DNA from: Amoebophrya sp. A120
Taxonomy: Eukaryota > Protista > Dinoflagellata
NCBI GenBank assembly: GCA_905178155.1
Contig: CAJINV010000019.1
Coordinates: 852,913-916,912 of the forward strand
Reading direction: 5' to 3'
Length of the DNA stretch: 64,000 nucleotides
The notes below the pieces were generated by a model. That model saw only the letters and a list, made by a program, of their open reading frames with translations. It ran no database searches and had not been told where the DNA came from. This document shows positions 1 through 12,800 of this stretch, piece by piece; position 1 is the first letter of the stretch; the number at the start of each line of letters is the position of its first letter. The position numbers and the translations under genes are program-made.

Positions 1-26
1 GCCCTTCGGAGGTGGCCCAAATTGGG

Positions 27-74
27 CCAGAGGACCCGCCAGAGGATCCTCGGGTCCTCTGGCGGGTCCTCTGG
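27..74. repeat. Perfect 20-bp inverted repeat (hairpin) in a GC-rich stretch
   Basis: ccagaggacccgccagagga (27-46) pairs with tcctctggcgggtcctctgg (55-74); 8-nt loop. Confidence 0.85.
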
Positions 75-867
75 GAAATCTTCCGGCCAAACCGGGATCG
101 CACCACCGGCGGAAGGTCCTCCGAGGCGGCCCAAGTTAGGCCAGGCGAAAATGTGCGCCGGTTTGCCGGGGCCGCCAGGTTGCTCGCAGTCCGCAGCCGA
201 GTGTGGCGATTTGGGCACACGAGACGCCAACACAGACGCGGCGCGGTTGTGCACACAAACAGCAGCGGAGTCCATGCGCGCGCCGCGTTTTCGGTTGCAT
301 TGCAACACACTTTGGCACGAGCTACACCGAAGGTTTCCCGGGAAACCTTAAACGACCCTGCCCGAGCGGAGTCCATTGATTTCTAGGTCTCACAGCGTCA
401 CTTTCTCTTTTTTTTTGTGTTTTTTATTATTTTTGTAGCTGCAAATAGTTTTTTCAAGTGCAACTGCACACAGGCAGAAACATCAGTGGACTTCTAACTA
501 AAAAACGCACTCCCCCAGGCTACAACCCTACCTACTAACGTACACACTACCTACGAACGTCCACACCACCACCACTTTTCTTCTTTTTCGGCTTTCGCAT
601 CCGCTTCGTTTTCGCAATGAAGGGGGCAGGGTCAAGTGTGATCTGGGTTCGTAGTGCAATTGCCGCTTCAATCGCGAGCGTCGCACTGTTCCCGTACGCG
701 GCTGGATCGATGTGTCGGGATACGTGGTGCGTAGACCCATCGGGCAGCCGGAATCGGTTTCTTCGATGCGTTTGCTAGCTTGGTTGCGCGCTGAACAACC
801 TCACTCGCTCTAACACCGCTCGGCGTCGGCAGGCGGTTCGTCTTCTTGAAGCGAAATCTAAATTTGC

Positions 868-1044
868 TTCCTAAACCCTGAAACCTAAACTAAACCCTTT
901 CTGGATCGATCTTGAGCAGCAGATGAGGGTGGTGGCTGGATCGAAGGTGAGACGGTCGCGTCGGCAGCCATCCCGTGCCGGCGGCGGTGGCGGCCTAACT
1001 AAGCCTAACCCTAGGAGAGAAAAAACCTGCTTGGTGCCAGTTGG
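868..1044. repeat. Dispersed repeat with degenerate telomere-like motifs; second copy at 35837-36012
   Basis: About 175 bp nearly identical to 35837-36012; starts cctaaaccctgaaacctaaactaaaccc. Confidence 0.85.
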
Positions 1045-1448
1045 CCTAAACCTTGAAGCCTAAACCTTGAAGCGAACTTTAAACAGTTAAATTCTTTGAC
1101 TCGAACACAAATGCTGCACCACGCTGGCATGTTGGAGCAGAGAGCATGCGGAACGAGGAATCCTTACGTCGCTTTGTCGTAAATATCCATATTCGTCGGT
1201 ATTCCTTCGTATTTCTTGTATCTCTGTCTCGCGCTTGTAACTTCAATCAGATAAAGTGTCGAGTGTGGCCGTGACATGTACTTCTGCTCGGCAATACAAA
1301 ATTGGGCTCTCAACACAAGGTAAAGTAGATTGCGAAACTCCAACAGGAATAACTGAAGACGAAAACGTACCCATCATGAGCATCATCATTTTTTTACTGC
1401 TGCATATTCAGTACTTCTTCTACCAAAACAAAATATACCAGAACGGTA

Positions 1449-3345
1449 CGCGCTGAGGCCTAGAATTACTCGTAGTAGCATCGTGATTTGGGTCAAACCT
1501 TGCGTATATACCCGGGCGCGGTGCCCTCGTGAAACGGCTTTTTTTACACTGCGAAAATATAAGGACTTCAGTAGCCTACGCGCGCCATACCATGCGGGTT
1601 GGCCCTTCAAAATCTTCGGGCTTTTGCTTTTGTCTTTTACTCACGTCTTTCCGGAATCCCGGGATTTCTGGGATCCCGGAATTTGTCGTGAAACTGGTGA
1701 AAATCGTGAAAAAATCCTTGGTTTTGAATACTAATCACGACGGTATGGTCTCTTTTTCGCGATGATTTTCACCGTGAAAAAAATTTTGAAAAAGCCTACC
1801 AATTGCGTCGCGAATCGCGGTGCTACGGGCCCTGTTTTCGGAGTTGCTTTTTCCTGGTTTTTCGCGATATTTCGCACAAGCCGCGCAGCCGAATCACGAC
1901 GGCACGGCTTTTTTTTCACGATGTGTCTCGCCGTAACACAAATCGGAACAAGCGCTTCGGTTTTATCTCGAATCGCGATGGTACGCGCCGGCTTCCGACC
2001 GGAGTCGGTTTCCGTGGTTTGTCGCAAACTGTAGCCACCGCTCTTGTAGCGTATCGCCATTCCAAGCGCCATACGATTTCACAGGGTTTGTCTTGTTTCG
2101 GGTGGGGTTTGGATTTGGCCCGCGCCTGTTGTTGGCGCCACGTGAAGAGCTTGGCGTAGGAGATTGTCGCTCTGGCGTATTGACAACCAACAACGAACAG
2201 TATTCCACGGACACAAAAGTCAAGCGGTCTTCCTAACCAACACGCACACTAGTCGCATCCCATTACGGCTGTTGCCCCTAATTCTTGCAGAGGCACCCCG
2301 CTCGCGCAGCCAGGCCGCCCCTGCCGATCACCTCGGCACGCGCGGGCAGCATTTCACGTCGGCGGCCGCAGACAACGCGTCAGCGTGCCCAACTCTGTGC
2401 CCGCCGTCCCACGTCACCGTCGCCCTGTGTTCAGGCGCTATTCGCGGGCCTTTGCGTACGTCTGCCCTGCTGCAGCCGCGTACTTGTGGTTGACCCCGCG
2501 CAGAGGCCTATGCGGCACTACGGCCGCGTATTTGCGGTTGACCCCGCGCACAGGCCTAGACGGCGCTACTGGTTCACTTCAGCCGCGCGGGCCCCATGAA
2601 TGTGTTGCCGCTTGGGACGGAAGGACACCATGGCGAGCTCCCTGCCTGCAGCAGCGCGCGGGGCCGACTGCGCGGCGGGCCCCCGCTGCGTTTCCCCTGT
2701 TGCGGGCGCGGAGCGATGTACGCGACAGGAGCCCTTGCATGCGAGTGGGAAAGGAAGGCGGGAGACCCCGAACAACACGGGGGCCCCCCGCGAGCAGGTG
2801 GAAAAGCTTGGGGGGCCCCCTTGGGCACCGCTGGTACAGGCCGGGGGCCCCCCGTGCGCGGGAGAGCAAGGCGGGGGGCCCCCTTGGGCACCAAAGGCGG
2901 AGGCCGGGGGCCCCCCACGCGCGGGAGAAAAAGGCGGGGGGCTCCCTTGGGTACCAAAGGTGGAGGCCGGGGGCCCCCTGCGGGCGGGAGGGACTTACCG
3001 CGGAGAAGGACGGGGGCCCCCTCCGGCCTCCGGCGGGCGGCCCGGCCGGGAGAAGGGCGGGGGCCCCCTGTGGAGGCGGAAGGGCGGGGGCCCCCTGCGG
3101 ACGCGGGAAATGCAGCGGGTGAGAGGGCGGGAGGCGGGGGCCCCCTGTTTCACCAGGCGGGCGGCCCGGGAGAGAGCGGGGGCCCCCTGTGGAGGCGGAA
3201 GGGCGGGGGCCCCCTGCGGACGCGGGATACGCAGCGGGTGAGAGGGCGGGAGGCGGGGCCCCCCTGCTTTCCCCGGTGGTATGCTCGACACAAAAATTGT
3301 AACCCTCATCGTAGCCTCGTGATTACAAATCTAGGCCTCAGCACG
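1449..3345. mobile_element. Non-autonomous TIR DNA transposon with TA target duplication (Tc1/mariner-like ends)
   Basis: TA|cgcgctgaggcctaga ... tctaggcctcagcacg|TA (16-bp TIR, 1 mismatch); no recognisable transposase ORF. Confidence 0.7.
2760..3270. repeat. GC-rich tandem repeats built on GGGGCCCC palindromes inside the TIR element
   Basis: About 60-bp unit x3 (ggggggcccccttgggcacc...) then about 120-bp unit x2 (ggccccctgtggaggcggaagggcgggg...). Confidence 0.85.
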
Positions 3346-4117
3346 TACCGGTCTCAAATATAAATATTCAAGCTGTGTGTGCGATACGTGAAAGGTGCGA
3401 ACTCGGGCGTTGAAGCCTTAATGGAAAGAAAATCGGACGAGTGAACTCAAAGTACAAATGAAAACCAAAACTTCCTGCTTAGACAATAGAAAACGAAGTG
3501 ATAATATATAGATACAATGATGTAGTTTTTCTTTTTCAAGCTCAAGCAAAATTTTTTGCATTAGCTTAGAAAAAAAAAGCAGCTGGAAAGAATTAATACA
3601 ACTACCCAACTCGTCGAGCAAAACAATGAGCTCCGCCTCCGATCATGCCAATACCAATACGATACCACTTTTGGCACCTTTTCTATCCTCCTCATATTGT
3701 TCATCTTCATTTTTGATTTTATTAGACAGATGCTGTGCAAACCGTTGTAGCGGAAGGTAAAAAATTCTTGAGTGTGTAGCCCTCGTGTAAGTCCGATCAT
3801 CATATAGATACCTGATACGGGGAAACAGAAACAAACACGACATCGATGGATTTAGTTTAATAAGTACTAAATAGGTGTGTCGAACCGCGTGCCCCCTAGT
3901 AATGAGGAGCAGATGCATCGATTCGAAAAAACATCCGTGCAGAATGACAAAAGAAAATGAAGTGCAAGCCTGAGTTTGGGACGACGTTTGGCTCCATGCC
4001 TTTCCCGTGGGAATGTGTTCGACGTTGACCTAGTCGCCCTGAAGAGATGATGCTCTTATATGCCTTGTACTTGTTGATCATAGTTGTAAGTACTACTTGT
4101 TGGCGTCACCTGTGTCA

Positions 4118-4510
4118 TTAATAAGGGTTTTCCCAAGGGTCCCAAATAGGCACCGCATGCAGGTACGTGGGGTCGCCGGGACGCGGCGCCGGGGGATCTT
4201 TGGCGCCCGGGGTTCTTTGGCGCCCAAAAAGCGAGAAGAAGCCTTTCTTGGCGGCTTGTTTAGGCCGGTGCGGCGCTACTTCCGCTGCGGCTTTGCGCTC
4301 CTGCTCCGCTGCGCCTTGGGCTTCGGCTTGCTGCTTCCTCGCGGCTTCCGCTGGGGCTTGTTCGAGCCGGTTCGCTTCCGCTGCGGCCTGTTCGAGCCGG
4401 TGCGCTTCCTCTTTGCGTTTGCGCTCCGCTTCCTTCGGCCCATCCTTGAACACCGCATCAATCCAGCGATACGTCCGACCCTCGTTGGTCCGGCGGATAT
4501 GGTCGGACAA
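4118..4510 (-). CDS. Hypothetical Ala/Glu-rich protein
   Basis: 130-aa ORF with internal repeat EAHRLEQAAAEANRLEQAPAEA; same strand as neighbouring genes. Confidence 0.3.
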   Translation of the reverse strand: MSDHIRRTNEGRTYRWIDAVFKDGPKEAERKRKEEAHRLEQAAAEANRLEQAPAEAARKQQAEAQGAAEQERKAAAEVAPHRPKQAAKKGFFSLFGRQRTPGAKDPPAPRPGDPTYLHAVPIWDPWENPY

Positions 4511-5036
4511 AATTCGGAAACGGCATGAGAGCGGCGGTTTTTTGGCCTCTAGATGTAGTGGCGATCTCTTTCTCTTGGGCCGGTTGGTTTTTTTGGTTCT
4601 TTAGCGCGCCCATAAGCATGCGCATGGTTTGAGTGTGTGTGTATCCTTGACAGCCATTTCCTTTTCCGGAGCCAAATCGGCCCAAGGCATGTAGCGGATA
4701 TCCCGCACACTCAGTTCGTCCGCCCACGACGACGGCATGTTGTGGATATTCTGTAGCTAGGATACTAGACCGGCATGGGCGGCTAGGATTATATTCTCTA
4801 AAAGTGATCGCTAGCGCAGGCGTCGCTCGGCTTTGCAGGAAAACAAATAAAAGCGCAGCAGGCGCGAAATTCATGCAGCAAATGCGGCATGGCAGAGCTT
4901 TGCTGCTGCACAAAATCAAAAACCAGACACAGAGAAACATGCCTCGTCGGTTTGTTCACCAAAAAAGGCAAGCTACCGAATGCCCTCTACAACTCGGCCG
5001 CGAAAAAACTACGCCGATCTCACTTCACCGTCGCCC

Positions 5037-7967
5037 CTATGCTGTCCCGCCATAGAAAACGCCAATCTTGTCCTTCATCAACATGTGGAACTCGGGAAGG
5101 CTCTTGGACGTTTCGATAAAAGAAGACAATTCTTCTTTTTCACTAAGGAGGTGCGGATCAAGAATCGTGCTCAAATTTATTTCGGTGGAATCATCAAAAT
5201 GAAGACGCCGTTCGGGCCTTTCCTCTTCCCAGACCAAAATTTCCTGCGGTCGTGGCAAGCGGTCGACGTCGACTGTGACACCATACCCATCCACCTCTCC
5301 GATGGGCTTGTTAAAAATGTCGGGATGCGCATCTCGCGCAAAGACGGGCGCTTGGCGATAGCGGTCCATCGACTCGCGACCTTGGTCCTCCTTTTCGTAT
5401 GGCACCATGACGACCTTCAGCAGCCTGTCCTGAGGGTCATCTTCCTTCCTTTTCATTGCGAAAGTCAAAGCAGCTTTCTGATTATAACCGCTGCCCGTGC
5501 TGCTGCCCAGCTCCGGCACCAGCTCCGTGACCCCTCTCTTGGTGAGGACCTCTGCCATCGTGTCATCGTAAGCCTGGGAAGCCCAAATGTCCATAGTTGG
5601 ATGCAAGACCTCCTGATACCGGGGATTCGAATTAGAACGGCCCCGCCATTTCCATTCATCCCACTTGCCCGCCATGACCCGGTTCGCGACTTTTGTCTTG
5701 AACGCGGCTTCCTCGTCGGGGGGAGGTGAGGCCTCGAACGGCATGTTCGGGGGGGGTGAGGCCTTGAACGGGCTCGTCAATCCCGAAAGCAAGCGGCGGT
5801 GAAGCCCGAACCCCCAATTGTCCCTGCAGAATGCCTTACTAGCTTCACTTCGCATCGCATATAATTTTTTGAGCGGGTCTGGGTCTCGATCAGCAGCTGC
5901 ATTTGCTTCAGGCGTGCGATCCACTGCCGCGCAGTGCTGACTTCCGGTGATCAGCTCGCAGGCCATGGAGGAGGCTGCGAAGTTTGCGTTTCTCACCCTG
6001 GCCTCCAACGGTTTTGTAAATTTCATAATATCGAAGCGCGAAGCAGCCCGCCCCCAGATTTGAGAAGGTGTATTTATTTCATTCGTTCGCATCATGTACA
6101 TGTCATCGTTCCAAGTGTGAGAGCATAACCAACAGCTGCTGTTCCTGTAGTTCATGCAAGCAAAATAAAAGAAACTCTCAGCTCCCCCTGATAAGACTGC
6201 AAACCAACCACGCAAGACAGATATTTGTGAACTCTGGAGACGGGCGGGGGGATTCGTCAGTTTAATACTCGGCGGCATCGACCTGCTGGGCCGAAAGGTG
6301 CTTGAGGCGAGCAGCCGTCTTGCCGAAATCGGATTCAAGAAAAGGCGGCCACGACTCGAGTTTCTCATGTGACATCACCCAATTGTCGCGGACAAATGCA
6401 GATGGAAATCGGATTTTGTCTTCTTCAGAATCAAAGGCGTACGGAAGTAGACTGTCAAGTGCTTGAGCGAACCCGTCTATCAAGTGCAAATATGTCTGGG
6501 TCGGCAAGAGTACGAGATTTCTCATGCATCTCGCGGACGACGCCCATGGTGGTCTGGAACGCACACAGAAGCATTATAGATGTTCATTTTGCGAGACCTT
6601 TCCCAGGCCCTTTCCCCATGCGAAATGCGACGCCTTGTGTGCAGCAAGAGCTGGGCTCCTTTTGGCGTTCACGCAACACAGCTTTTCATTTTTTTCTCAT
6701 GACAAGCTGCATTCTTCCAGACTCAGACCTTTTTGCAATGCATACCCTTGGCTTGGACACGCGCGTTCACGTTGGGATACTCTTTCTGAGCTGCGGCTGT
6801 GGCCGCGGCAGCCGCTTCGATCGCAGCGCAAATGCCTTCCCGCGCTGGATGGAACCCTGTCGGAAGGGGAAGGGCACGGCGTCTGGAAAAGATCCCCGAG
6901 GTTCTTTCAGTAGAAAGGAAGCCACTGCTCCGCACCCTGACATTAGCGTCGACCTCGGTGTCCCCCGACGTCCCCGCCGTGTCGCCGGTCTGGGCGTCCT
7001 CCAATTCTTCTTCTTGTTCATGTTCTCCATTCTCATATGCATTGCAGACATGGATGTGTGTGGCTGGAAAGACGACAGAAAAGTATCTCTATTTGTGATC
7101 GTGCGCACACGACAAGTCGATAGCACAAGGATTTCTTGTCGTGCATGTTGAGTTGCAAAAGGTGTTTTTTTTTCGCCGCGTCGCGGCAGAGCGATGGGAT
7201 TTCCCCTCCGGAGCAGACAGGAATGCACGGCCGTCGCAGCACCAGTACGTGCCGAACGTCTGCAGTATTGATCTCGACCCACACATCATGTTTAATATTG
7301 CACTGGATATCTTCTTCTCGAGAGCGGCAAAACCAATTTCAGCTGCGGCGTCCGTCAGAACCACTCCTCTCTCGGAAGCAGCGGAAGTTGTCGTGGGGGA
7401 AGCTACCCCCGTCATCTCTTCGCCGCCCGGTGCAGCAGTAGCAGTAGCAGCACCAGCAGCTGCAATACCAGTGGTCATTTCACCATCGGTTGTCTCGTCC
7501 CCACCCCCCATCGTGGCCGCCTGAAGTTGTTCTTGTTCCCGCCTGTTCTTCTCTTCCAAGCGAGCGGCCTTCTGCTGCAGCAGGTTCTTGCTGGATTTCT
7601 TGTCCGAGGTCGTGCGCACGGCCTGCACCTGGTGGCCCAGCATTGATGTACCGCCCAAGAAGAACACGGAAACGCCCGCGGCTGCCGCTGTTCCCCCCGC
7701 GAACACTTGAGCCTTCTGGTTCCCCATCGTCAACAGTTTTTTCCGCGGCAGACACGACGCGTGATCAAGTCCCAGCTTCCGGTAGCGCTGCTGCACCACC
7801 TGTTTGCGCTTGCCAGCCCGTTTGGCGTAGCTCTTCACCTCGTTGCCGGTCGGCACCGGCTCGACTTTCTTGGGCTCTTTCGCGTGCTTCTTTTGCTGTT
7901 CATTTACGGGCGGCGGACCGGGATTTTTGCCGCAACCTTCGTCCTGTGTGGAAAAGTAGCGCGGCAA
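5037..7967 (-). CDS. Hypothetical multi-exon protein (one introner plus probable canonical introns)
   Basis: Removing the introner at 6478 gives ...VQAKGFAQALD...; a putative GT-AG intron (~6150-6268) joins this to ORF 5037-6368; 5' exon structure uncertain. Confidence 0.5.
6478..6744. mobile_element. Introner family B (TIR tatcaa.tgcaaa.atgtctgggtctgg)
   Basis: TIRs; degenerate DR ccgtc/ccctt; frame restored. Confidence 0.8.
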
Positions 7968-9888
7968 GTATCACAGTTTGGAAGTACTACTTCCTACTTT
8001 TTGCCTTATGCGACTGTGACAGTCGGTTTTGATAAATTCATTTTAGGGCTCTAAAAACTCTACTTGTAGAAGACTGCTACAAGTCGAAACCAAAACCATG
8101 AAAGCACGCAGATGATTTCGCACACCCCTGACTTCTCTCGTGCAACGAACCTAGAATGCGAGGACGGGTCAACATCAACAGGAAAGACAGATGCTAATGC
8201 TAGAGCTGGAAAAAAGTACCCGCGTAGAAGTAGAGGCGGCAGAAGTGCAGTCCGAGGCACGATCTTTCATTTCTACTTCATCCATGGCGGAGAGCAGAAC
8301 GCTTTTGCCACAATTTTCGTCCTCCTGCTGCGTGGGAATGGGCATCATCTTCTTGGGCGCCGATCCGCCCTGCTGCGAGAGAAGTCCCATTGGAGGGGTC
8401 GCGATCCCGCTGGTAGTAGACGTAGAGCACTCGTCGTCCAGCGGCGTCTCTTGTGAAATGTCGGAAGTCATGTTCATCACTGCCGTGTTGGTTTTCTTTT
8501 GTAGTTGAGTTGTACTTGTAGTTGATTAGTAGTTCGGTTCCTTCAAGTCGAAGACATAAAGATATTACCCCTGCTGCGTCTGGGCGACGTAAGTGCTAGA
8601 GTCACGTTGTCGTTGGCGTGCAAGGTGCTCTAGTGCATTAAAGAATTTACGATCAATACAGCTAGGGGTAGTTCGGGTGTATGTTGATGATGTGCAAAGA
8701 AAAAATAGCAGAAGTAACTGTGGAAAGTTGTAGTGGCTACGGCGTATCGGAGGTCGTGGTAAATTGCGCTCGGAGAGAGCAATTTACTCTTCCTCTTCGT
8801 GTGAGGACGAGGATCATTGCGCTTCTATTTTTATTTGTATTGCGTCTCCAAATAAAAAACATCAAGCATGCACCTTCATCTATCGTATCTTCGTTGAGGC
8901 GCAGCACCTTCATCTTTGTAAAGCAGAAGAGCGTCAACAGACACCATGGGCGAGAAGAAGGCAGTCCTTATAATTTCTAGACGACACCATCAAAACTTCT
9001 TCTTGATGTGTACGAAGTTCTTTGACCGAGCAGCAGTGTTAGAATTGTTCTGCGTCCAGTACTCAACGGGCGGCGACCGAAGCAAACGGAAATTGCGAAA
9101 AGGAAAGCAGGATACGAAAGATACGTCAGGACGAAGGAAATGGAAATAAACCGATGGTCGTGGTCCTTTTCAATATACGACTTTCGTTATTATAATATTT
9201 TGCAACCGACGTCGTCACACTGTACCTGTCGTTCTAGCTGAATCTCGCTATTTTGTCAAACGACCGAGCCCGAGCGTAAGTGGACACAAAAAAAAGTGTT
9301 GTTTACCTGAAACGAACCGAGAAATTACGGGCACTTATTGTGATGATATCACGTTTCCATCGCTCCTTCCGAGGAGACGTTGTTAGCTTTCTGTTAGCTC
9401 TTCTTGCAGCTTCTCGAATTGCAAATGAAGTGCCTTTAGCGACTTCGTTTCGACGGGTTCCTCCCCGCAATGTATGCAGCAAGTGCTGCTGCATGTGGTA
9501 CCATAAGTAGGACCAGGACAAGATGCAGCAAGTGGCGCCGCCAGAAAATTGTATTAATAACTCACGTTTTCAACCTCAGAGAGATGGCGACGAAAGCAAA
9601 ACAAGGTTCAAAATCTGCATCAAAACACCTGTTCCGTTGAGCAACAAAAATCATGGCAGTTCTCACTCCACTTTGAAGATTCCCGCACAAACAGCTTCTT
9701 GCTCGTTCCTCTCATCCCGTTGTAGTGATTGTGATTCTATTTTTCTGTATTCTCGTAGTTCTCAAATGGTTCCGGTTTCAGCTCAACAGAGTAGTCGTCG
9801 TGTCTATAATCTTCTGTAAAAATCCAATTTCAATTCAAATGCGCGCCGCCGACGTTGCATAAATTTCGCAAACACCATCAAGTTTTCC

Positions 9889-12800
9889 TCAGGCCGTATC
9901 CCACCAAATGCCCAACAAATCTTTGTTCCCCCGCGACACAGACCGACTCTGTATTTCCGGTGTCGTTACCTGAGCATGATTGCCCGAATTTGCTACCCCA
10001 GTATGATCGCCGCTCGCTTCTCCTGCGTAGTTGTTGCCCATCTGCTCCCGCGAAACCACCCGCGGCTGCTGCTGCTGGTGCGGAACTATGAACTGTTGCT
10101 GCTGATAATACACAGAAGTGGGAATCTATCCAAGAAAAAAACATTGTGAGTGTAACTTTTTTGGAGGAACAGCATCGCAAATCTGTCTGGCATGACAGCA
10201 AAAACCTGTCATGCGCAGATAGTACGCGTAAACGCCCTTTAGTGGACCCTACAATGCATGCCAAGCATGAGAGACGCAATCATCTTGTTGCATGTTCCGC
10301 ATCACAAATTTACACTAACAACGTTTTTTTCTTGGATAGAATCCCCTCGTGTGTGCGTGCACTGTGCGACTGTGTCGGATTCATACTTGCCGCCGAAGTA
10401 GTTGCAGCCTTCGTGTAATCTCGAATCGCCGCAACACGATCCTGCAGTAGATGTGGATTTGTTACTTCTGCCTCCAACGTCGTGGCAGGACGATCTACAA
10501 CCGTGGTTGCGCCGGCGGCGCGAGAGCCACGACTACTGCCAGTTGATTTTTGCCCGTTGTAGTAGACTAATTTTTCCTCCTCTACATTCCGTTTCTTCTC
10601 TTCTACCAGAACTGACGGAGAACTGCCGCCGGCTCCGGGCGGAGACGCGCATGATCCCGCCCCCGCCGCCGGGGTGGATGTCGTTGGCGAATGATCGTCG
10701 TTCCCACCGCTGACCGATTTGTGCGACGAGGTGAGCGACAGGGTGCCGCTTTGCTGGTGGGGCAGCGGCTGCTCTTGCAGAACTTCCGGTAACGACCTCG
10801 GGGACGCCTTTACGATAGAAGTTGTGCCGTCTTCTACTGAAGAAGATGTTGGAGCAGCGCCGCAAGCAGGAGTCGGTGGTCCTCCTGCTGAAGATGTAGT
10901 TGCACTAGAGTAACAAACTGTTGTACCTGAAGATTTTGTAAAAACCGCGGGTCCGCAGGCTGTTTGCGGCGGCAGTTCCCGGTAACCCGTCTCCTCCATG
11001 GCGGGCGAGTGGATCGGGAATTGCTCGACTTCTACAGCAGCTCCACGTGGTCCGCCCGGGGCGGGATTGTTGTGAGGAAAAATCCCCCCTCCCCATATCG
11101 AAAAGGTATGCTTCCGGAAATTTGTCTTGCTGATTTGAGACCACAAATCACGTCTGTCTTGCACGGAGACAACTCCGCAGGCTCTGCCGCATTACGCAGG
11201 AAGTTTGTGATGCTGTTGGGCCTACAGCACAGACGTTTCTCATGCTAAGCGCCTAGGCCAAAACCTCTCTACTCAGGCTTGGCAGGAGCCTGCAGTCCTC
11301 TACTGCAAGACAAACCTGATTTGTACATGCGAATTCAGCATCAGAAACTTCCTTTTGATATGGGGAGGGGGGATTTTTCCTCGTGATAGGGATTGTTGTA
11401 AAACTGTCTCGACTATGCTGTGCAAAAGTATCGTATTCGTATTGTAATCATGCATTACAAATATTTTTGTTAAGGCAAATCCGCATTACAAATTCCATTT
11501 CTCATGCTGAGGAAATTTGTAATGCATTTATACGAATACGATACTTTTGCAGTTCATATCGACGTCGAGGAGGTGGGATCGCTTACTCCTGGGGATTATG
11601 CATTGCAAAAGTATCGTACTCGTATAAATGCATTACAAATTTCCTCAGCATGAGAAATAAAATTTGTAATGCAGATTTACGCTGAGAAAAAGATTTGTAA
11701 TGCATGACTGCAATACGAGTACGATACTTTTGCACAGGATAGTGATATGATCTGCCGCGCACTCGTCTCCGGGCTCAGGATGTAGGGAACCGGGGCGACA
11801 GCTATGGCGTTCTCAACTGTTACATTCTCAACTGTTATACGGATTTGTCATGCAAAGTTGCCATCAGCCTCCACTTGATCAAGGTGCTTAGCATGACAAA
11901 TTTTCGAAGGGCTAAACAGCATGACAATCTGTGGCAAATCTGTGATGCGAAAGCTGCAACATTGCCACTCTTACTGTTGCTGTTCTTGCATTACAAATCC
12001 ATGTAACAGTTGAGAATGTAACGTTTGAGAACGCCATAACAGCAAGACGGTTGTTGTAACTCGTCGTGTGGGTCGGCGGAAGTGGAGGGGTAGTCCCTTG
12101 CTGCTGCACCTGTAAACGGTTAGGATGCAGCTGCGGTTGATGATGTGCAAGCTGGGGTCGTCCGGGCTGCTGCTGTTGCTGTTGTGCGGGTCGTACCCCG
12201 CCCAGCAATTGGTGTTGGTGCTGCAGTCCTGCGGGAGCTGCTGAAGTTCCGTCCCCGTATTGGTACGTCGTTGACATCAATCGTGGCCCTTGGTAGTTTT
12301 GCGCCCCTGTAGTTCTTGCAAGGCGTTGCTGCTGCGTGGAGTGGTCTAGTACTGCAGCTGCTCCGGAGCGATTTATGTGGTGTTGGTACACGGGGGCAGT
12401 AGTTGCAGTACTTACTACAGATGCGCCCCCTGCTGTTTGTTGAGCACCACCGTGGTAGGGCGGTGTTATTACTCCGCCATGTTGCAGCTGGTGAAGCGAT
12501 TGTATCCACCGCAAAACTATTGTCCTTTCGAATCTAAGTCATGGCAATCTTGCGCAACAAAAATGACGAATGCATAAGCATACGCAATTGTTCTGAATCA
12601 GCATTACAACTTCTACTCTGAATTTAGACAAGAAACTTGTGATGCAATTACCACTCCTACGGTACTTTAGCTTTTGCGATGCATATCCGTTTGGTGCGAA
12701 GTCTGCACTGCGGAAGAAGCCACTCCCACCAGCGACGATGAGCTGAGGTGGTGATACTCCAGAGACGAGGAAGTGGGTTGTCGGTGCTGCTGCGGTGTTT

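Noticed and set aside
868-1080. True telomere or chromosome end
   Set aside because: Repeats are few, degenerate and part of a dispersed element also found at 35837.
2385-3363. Overlapping 200-255-aa Gly/Arg/Pro-rich ORFs
   Set aside because: Stop-free because of GC-rich tandem repeats; open in most frames, no domain motifs.
8175-8480. Stand-alone 101-aa gene or first exon of the 5037-7967 gene
   Set aside because: Coding-like composition, but I could not establish an in-frame splice or any homology.
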